Below are positions 60,174 through 64,000 of a stretch of 64,000 bases of DNA, piece after piece. The position numbers and the translations under genes are program-made. The stretch is from positions 4,192,001 through 4,256,000 of the forward strand of contig OY970368.1 in NCBI GenBank assembly GCA_963718615.1, in the 5' to 3' direction. This stretch comes from an uncultured cyanobacterium. GTDB lineage: Bacteria; Cyanobacteriota; Cyanobacteriia; PCC-9006; JAAUQQ01. The notes under the pieces were generated by a model that searched no databases, had not been told where the DNA came from, and saw only the letters and a program-made list of their open reading frames with translations. How positions within the stretch are numbered: position 1 is the stretch's first letter; each line of letters opens with the position of its first letter.

Positions 60174-60605
60174 TTACTCGCTGATTTCAGCCATTTCGGG
60201 TGCTTCCGGTTCGGGCTCTAGCTCCAGCGTAAAAATTTCCTCTTCGCCATCCAACTCCATATTTTCTGGGACAGGTTCATCGGCATTGCTTGCTTCCAGA
60301 GCTGGGATTTCTGCCAGCTTGATCCGGGCTTCATCCTTAGTTTCCCCCCGGATCCGCCGAATCGGTAAATTAGCCACCAGAGCTGTCAACCGCTGATCGC
60401 TTTCCAGGGCGAACTCCAATCCCTCTTGATCAAGCTCCACGTAGCGGGAAACAACTTCCAAGATTTCCTTCTGGATAGACTCCAAGGCCTTAGGGCTGAG
60501 GGTGGTGCGATCGTGGGCCAGTAATAGCTGAAGCCTTCGCTTTACCTCGGTTCGGCTTTGGTGACTAGAGCGGTTAAATAATCGATCAATCAGTTCAGAC
60601 AGCAT
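60174..60605 (-). CDS. minE: Cell division topological specificity factor MinE
   Basis: [33 protein letters not shown]. Confidence 0.95.
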   Translation of the reverse strand: MLSELIDRLFNRSSHQSRTEVKRRLQLLLAHDRTTLSPKALESIQKEILEVVSRYVELDQEGLEFALESDQRLTALVANLPIRRIRGETKDEARIKLAEIPALEASNADEPVPENMELDGEEEIFTLELEPEPEAPEMAEISE

Positions 60606-60654
60606 AGTGGGCTCACGAAATGAAACAGCACCGGTGCAAACAGCCTGGGCTGCA

Positions 60655-61461
60655 CTACATGATCTTGGTATTGAACAATCTACGAATTTTAGACATCAAG
60701 CCGGGGTTTAGATTCTCCAGATCGATGAATTTAACCTCTTGCCCCTCTAGTCGCCGAGCAATATTGTTAAACGCCGTTCCTGCGTAGGACTCTTCCTTGG
60801 ACAACACCAGGGGTTCACCCCGATTGGTAGAAACAATCACTTGTTCGTCATCGGGTACGATGCCAATCAGCGGGATCGCTAGGATTTCCTTCACATCCTC
60901 CACCGACATCATGTCATTGGCTTTGACCATGGCAGGCCGGATGCGATTAATAATCAAATTAATCCGCTTAATTCCATGGGCTTCTAGCAGTCCCACCACT
61001 CGGTCGGCATCGCGCACTGCGGAAATCTCAGGGGTGGTGACGACGAGGGCTTCTGTGGCTGGGGCGATCGCATTGCGAAAACCCATCTCAATGCCCGCCG
61101 GACAGTCAATCAAAATATATTGATAGCGTGTCGCCAAGGCTCGCACAATTTGGCGCATTTGGCGGGCATTGACCGATTCTTTTGTACGGTTTTGGGCCGC
61201 AGGCAAGAGGGCCAGCTTGGGCTGACGTTTGTCTTTCACCAGGGCCTGATCCAATCGACATTGTCCAGCCAGCACATCCAACGCAGTGTATACAACCCGA
61301 TTCTCAAGTCCCAAGAGCAAATCTAAGTTGCGCAGTCCGAAGTCTGCATCAATCACAACAACCGAATGCCCCAGCCGTGCTAGAGCCATTCCAAGATTGG
61401 CGGAGGTCGTCGTTTTGCCAACGCCTCCCTTACCGGAGGTCACAACGATAGCGCGGCTCAT
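60655..61461 (-). CDS. minD: Septum site-determining ATPase MinD
   Basis: [32 protein letters not shown]. Confidence 0.98.
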   Translation of the reverse strand: MSRAIVVTSGKGGVGKTTTSANLGMALARLGHSVVVIDADFGLRNLDLLLGLENRVVYTALDVLAGQCRLDQALVKDKRQPKLALLPAAQNRTKESVNARQMRQIVRALATRYQYILIDCPAGIEMGFRNAIAPATEALVVTTPEISAVRDADRVVGLLEAHGIKRINLIINRIRPAMVKANDMMSVEDVKEILAIPLIGIVPDDEQVIVSTNRGEPLVLSKEESYAGTAFNNIARRLEGQEVKFIDLENLNPGLMSKIRRLFNTKIM

Positions 61462-61756
61462 TAAACGTGAGTGCTCCCAGAACTAATCGGGCTACCAGAT
61501 GCGTGGCGCACCGTTTTTGGTAACGGACAGAGGTAATTTGCGACCCATTATCCCTCACGATGCCACTTTTGTGGGCTTTTCCAGCATGCAACCGTAGAAT
61601 TCACCTTGTCAAAGATCGTCAACAATGGTTAATAAAAATGCTTGATCCTAGGTATTTATACGGCAACATGCCCTTTGCAAGCTTTAGGACTGCTGCCACT
61701 GCAATTGGTTTTGGCTAAACGATGACTCAACGATAGCTAAACGGGCGTTAGAGGAT

Positions 61757-63190
61757 TCAACGACTGGGACGGGTGAACGAAGCCGCGTCTGTGATGCGAA
61801 TATCACCGCGAGGCGTAATATACGCCACTTCTGGCATCAGCGTTCCCTTGGCGGATTCGGGGACACGGGCAACGGCATCGGCGATTCTGAGCTGAGCCGG
61901 TTCGAGTTTGAGGGCCATGATGATGCTGCGCCGTTCACCGGCAGCTCCCGCATGGGCCAAGCCCCGGAGGCGGCCCCAGATTAAAATATCGCCATCGGCG
62001 ATTACAGAACTGCCTGGATTCAGATCGCCCATGAGGATCACCGAGCCCGGATGGCGAATTTCAGTGCCCGAGCGAACGGTGGTTTGTAAATAGAGGGGCT
62101 CTGCTGCTAGGCCCCTGCTAGGGGCGATCGCCTCCGACTGAGCAGGCAGCAGCTCCGGCAATTCTGACCCTTGATCGACGGAGAAGCCAGCGGTTACGGC
62201 GGCCACAGCGGTTTGGCGGCGGCTGGTGGCAATGCGGGTGAGTTTGAGCTCAAACTGCTCCAAGGCTTCGCTCAAATCCTGCAACTGCCGTCCATCCAAA
62301 AGGTGATTGCGAGCATTGAGATGAACCGGCGTGTTGGGCGACCAATACCGTTCACTACCGCTGAGCCGTTTTTGGAGCTGCTGCCACAGCTCAGAATCGA
62401 CAAAATCCAAATTGATATCTGGATTGGCCGAAGCCTGTTCAATCGGAAAAATCAGCGACACATAGCCCTCTTCTCGCTTAATCCGAACCTGTTGATCGGG
62501 GGGTAACGGTGTTGAGAGGACCGATGGGATCTCCGATGAGGTTAGAACTGAAGCGTTTAGGACTGAATCGTTTAGGACTGAATCTGAATCGTTAGGGATA
62601 GCAGGAGCAGCAGGGATAACCGCAGGAATAGCCGCAGGAATGGTGGACTCAGCGGTTGGAGCTGGAGGCTGAATGAGCGAGGGGGCTGGGATTTGGGCTG
62701 GGGTTGGTGCTGAAATTGGTGCTGAGGTTGGAGTGACGGGTGCGATCGCCTCCACAGGCGAAACCTTCTCAAAGGCAGACTCAAAGGCAGAGGTTTCAAA
62801 AATCAACGCCTCTGGCTCTAGCTCAATAGCCTTGGCAGTCCTGGGTGCTGGATCGAGCCTCCGCTCAGAATCCGCGACCTGAGTCGAGGACATCTCATCG
62901 TCAACGACCACTTCATTCTGCCGCCGGATCTCTACTAGATTGGGGTCGGCGGGGGAATTGGGTTGGGGCCGTGCCATTGGCTTCACGGTCAAGAGCGCAT
63001 TGACCAACGAGGGGTCAATTTCTAGGGGATCAGAGGCTGGGGACGGCTGAGCTTTTTGGGCTTTGGGCTTCAGTGTGACCGGATCCTCAAACAACGAAGT
63101 CAGAGCGGTAATCGACGCCCTTGCTTGCTGTACAACGGAACCAGACGGTTGCGTCTCCGATTCAGGGGGCAATGGGTTCTCGGGATCCAT
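61757..63190 (-). CDS. minC: Septum site-determining protein MinC with long N-terminal extension
   Basis: TVRSG, GDLNPGS.VIADGDILIWGRLRG.AHAG, QLRIAD. Confidence 0.92.
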   Translation of the reverse strand: MDPENPLPPESETQPSGSVVQQARASITALTSLFEDPVTLKPKAQKAQPSPASDPLEIDPSLVNALLTVKPMARPQPNSPADPNLVEIRRQNEVVVDDEMSSTQVADSERRLDPAPRTAKAIELEPEALIFETSAFESAFEKVSPVEAIAPVTPTSAPISAPTPAQIPAPSLIQPPAPTAESTIPAAIPAVIPAAPAIPNDSDSVLNDSVLNASVLTSSEIPSVLSTPLPPDQQVRIKREEGYVSLIFPIEQASANPDINLDFVDSELWQQLQKRLSGSERYWSPNTPVHLNARNHLLDGRQLQDLSEALEQFELKLTRIATSRRQTAVAAVTAGFSVDQGSELPELLPAQSEAIAPSRGLAAEPLYLQTTVRSGTEIRHPGSVILMGDLNPGSSVIADGDILIWGRLRGLAHAGAAGERRSIIMALKLEPAQLRIADAVARVPESAKGTLMPEVAYITPRGDIRITDAASFTRPSR

Positions 63191-63896
63191 AGGCTGCTCC
63201 AGGGGAAGGGTCCAGACATCCTAGCCGCGTAGGCTGTTGATAGATACGCCTGAGTGTATTGAGATCTCGGGGAGAAAGGGAAGGGGGCTGACTCACCTGG
63301 GCGCTATAGAGGGCGTCAGTGGGTTCGGGACTGTGGCCCCAAAGTCCGAGAGCATGACCAAGCTCATGGCGAGCGGTGCCGCGTAGTTGAAGGGGGCCTT
63401 GGCGATCGCCCAAGAAAATCGTCTGCTGGTGCCGCCAGCATTTTTCCCCGGTGGCGGTTTGGGCGGCAAAAATCCGATAGCGGGTTTCTGCATGGCGGGC
63501 CCGAGGGGTTCCCTCCGGCTTCCATTTTAGGGGAGGTTGCCGACGCAAAATCTGAATATTGGCTGATTCGGCCTGGGAAATGCGGATTAAAGGCAAGTAG
63601 GGGGACCAGTCGGCGATCGCCCCGTCCACCGCTGTCTGCCAAGCAGCTTGCTGGCTTTGGGCATTGGGCAGTCGGGGGCCTGGAGTGGGAGGGTCGACGT
63701 AAACCGTTACGGGAAATTCAGACCAGAGTAAATAGCCGTACTCGCTGGGGAGGATTGCCTCAAAGTAATCGTCGGATGGAGTTTGGGGTGATGGGGTTTG
63801 GGGGGGCGTTTTGGCACTTGAGGAAGCGGCAAAAAAAACTAGCAGAAGGGCGATCGCCCCCAGACCCCAGCCAATACGTTGCCAAACCTGCTGCAC
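63162..63896 (-). CDS. Secreted zinc metallopeptidase (matrixin-like)
   Basis: Signal peptide; HELGHALGLWGHS, RD.NTL..IYQQPT. Confidence 0.85.
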   Translation of the reverse strand: MQQVWQRIGWGLGAIALLLVFFAASSSAKTPPQTPSPQTPSDDYFEAILPSEYGYLLWSEFPVTVYVDPPTPGPRLPNAQSQQAAWQTAVDGAIADWSPYLPLIRISQAESANIQILRRQPPLKWKPEGTPRARHAETRYRIFAAQTATGEKCWRHQQTIFLGDRQGPLQLRGTARHELGHALGLWGHSPEPTDALYSAQVSQPPSLSPRDLNTLRRIYQQPTRLGCLDPSPGAAYGSREPIAP

Positions 63897-64000
63897 CTAG
63901 CTTGCGGATCCCCCGAAACTGCTCAGGAGCGCTGTCAGGCCAAATCGAGGTGACGACAGCACAATCGTCAAACTAATAAAAACGGCAAATAGCGTCCAAG

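Larger units (their letters stand above)
1..64000. repeat. HIP1 octamer GCGATCGC dispersed through the window
   Basis: Dozens of copies (about 13 counted in 38.4-42.4 kb); hallmark of many cyanobacteria. Confidence 0.95.

Overview
Chromosomal window from a cyanobacterium: HIP1 octamers (GCGATCGC) are abundant, and PedR, HpsJ-like, desA/desC and Uma2 genes are present. 1-2.2 kb: tandem Uma2 (DUF820) genes, a broken wzm and an internally deleted Uma2. 2.2-23.6 kb: a large surface-glycan locus. Its left part is AT-rich and HIP1-poor (wzm/wzt, a methyltransferase-coiled coil-GT2-GT2 protein, a GT4-methyltransferase, a GT2, a repeat protein). Its right part is host-like (galE, rfbCDA, gmd, GTs, a second ABC flippase). 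23.6-25.7 kb: a decayed defence islet, where a vapBC pair lies between two 97-bp direct repeats derived from the 3' end of a type I R-M hsdS, next to a truncated AAA ATPase. 25.7-64 kb: mostly core genes (argH, PP2C, ftsY, nusB, pgl, FHA proteins, hisS, pedR, dacB, tRNA-Leu(CAA), amiC, desA, desC, probable 6S RNA, sfsA, minCDE). Best leads: the hsdS-repeat-bounded TA cassette, a sensorless hybrid histidine kinase with an inserted FHA domain, an AMIN-DacB fusion sharing its N-terminus with the adjacent amidase, and an apparent swap of the glycan export/capping module. No CRISPR array, transposase, integrase or reverse transcriptase was seen. All family calls come from motif recognition, not database searches.
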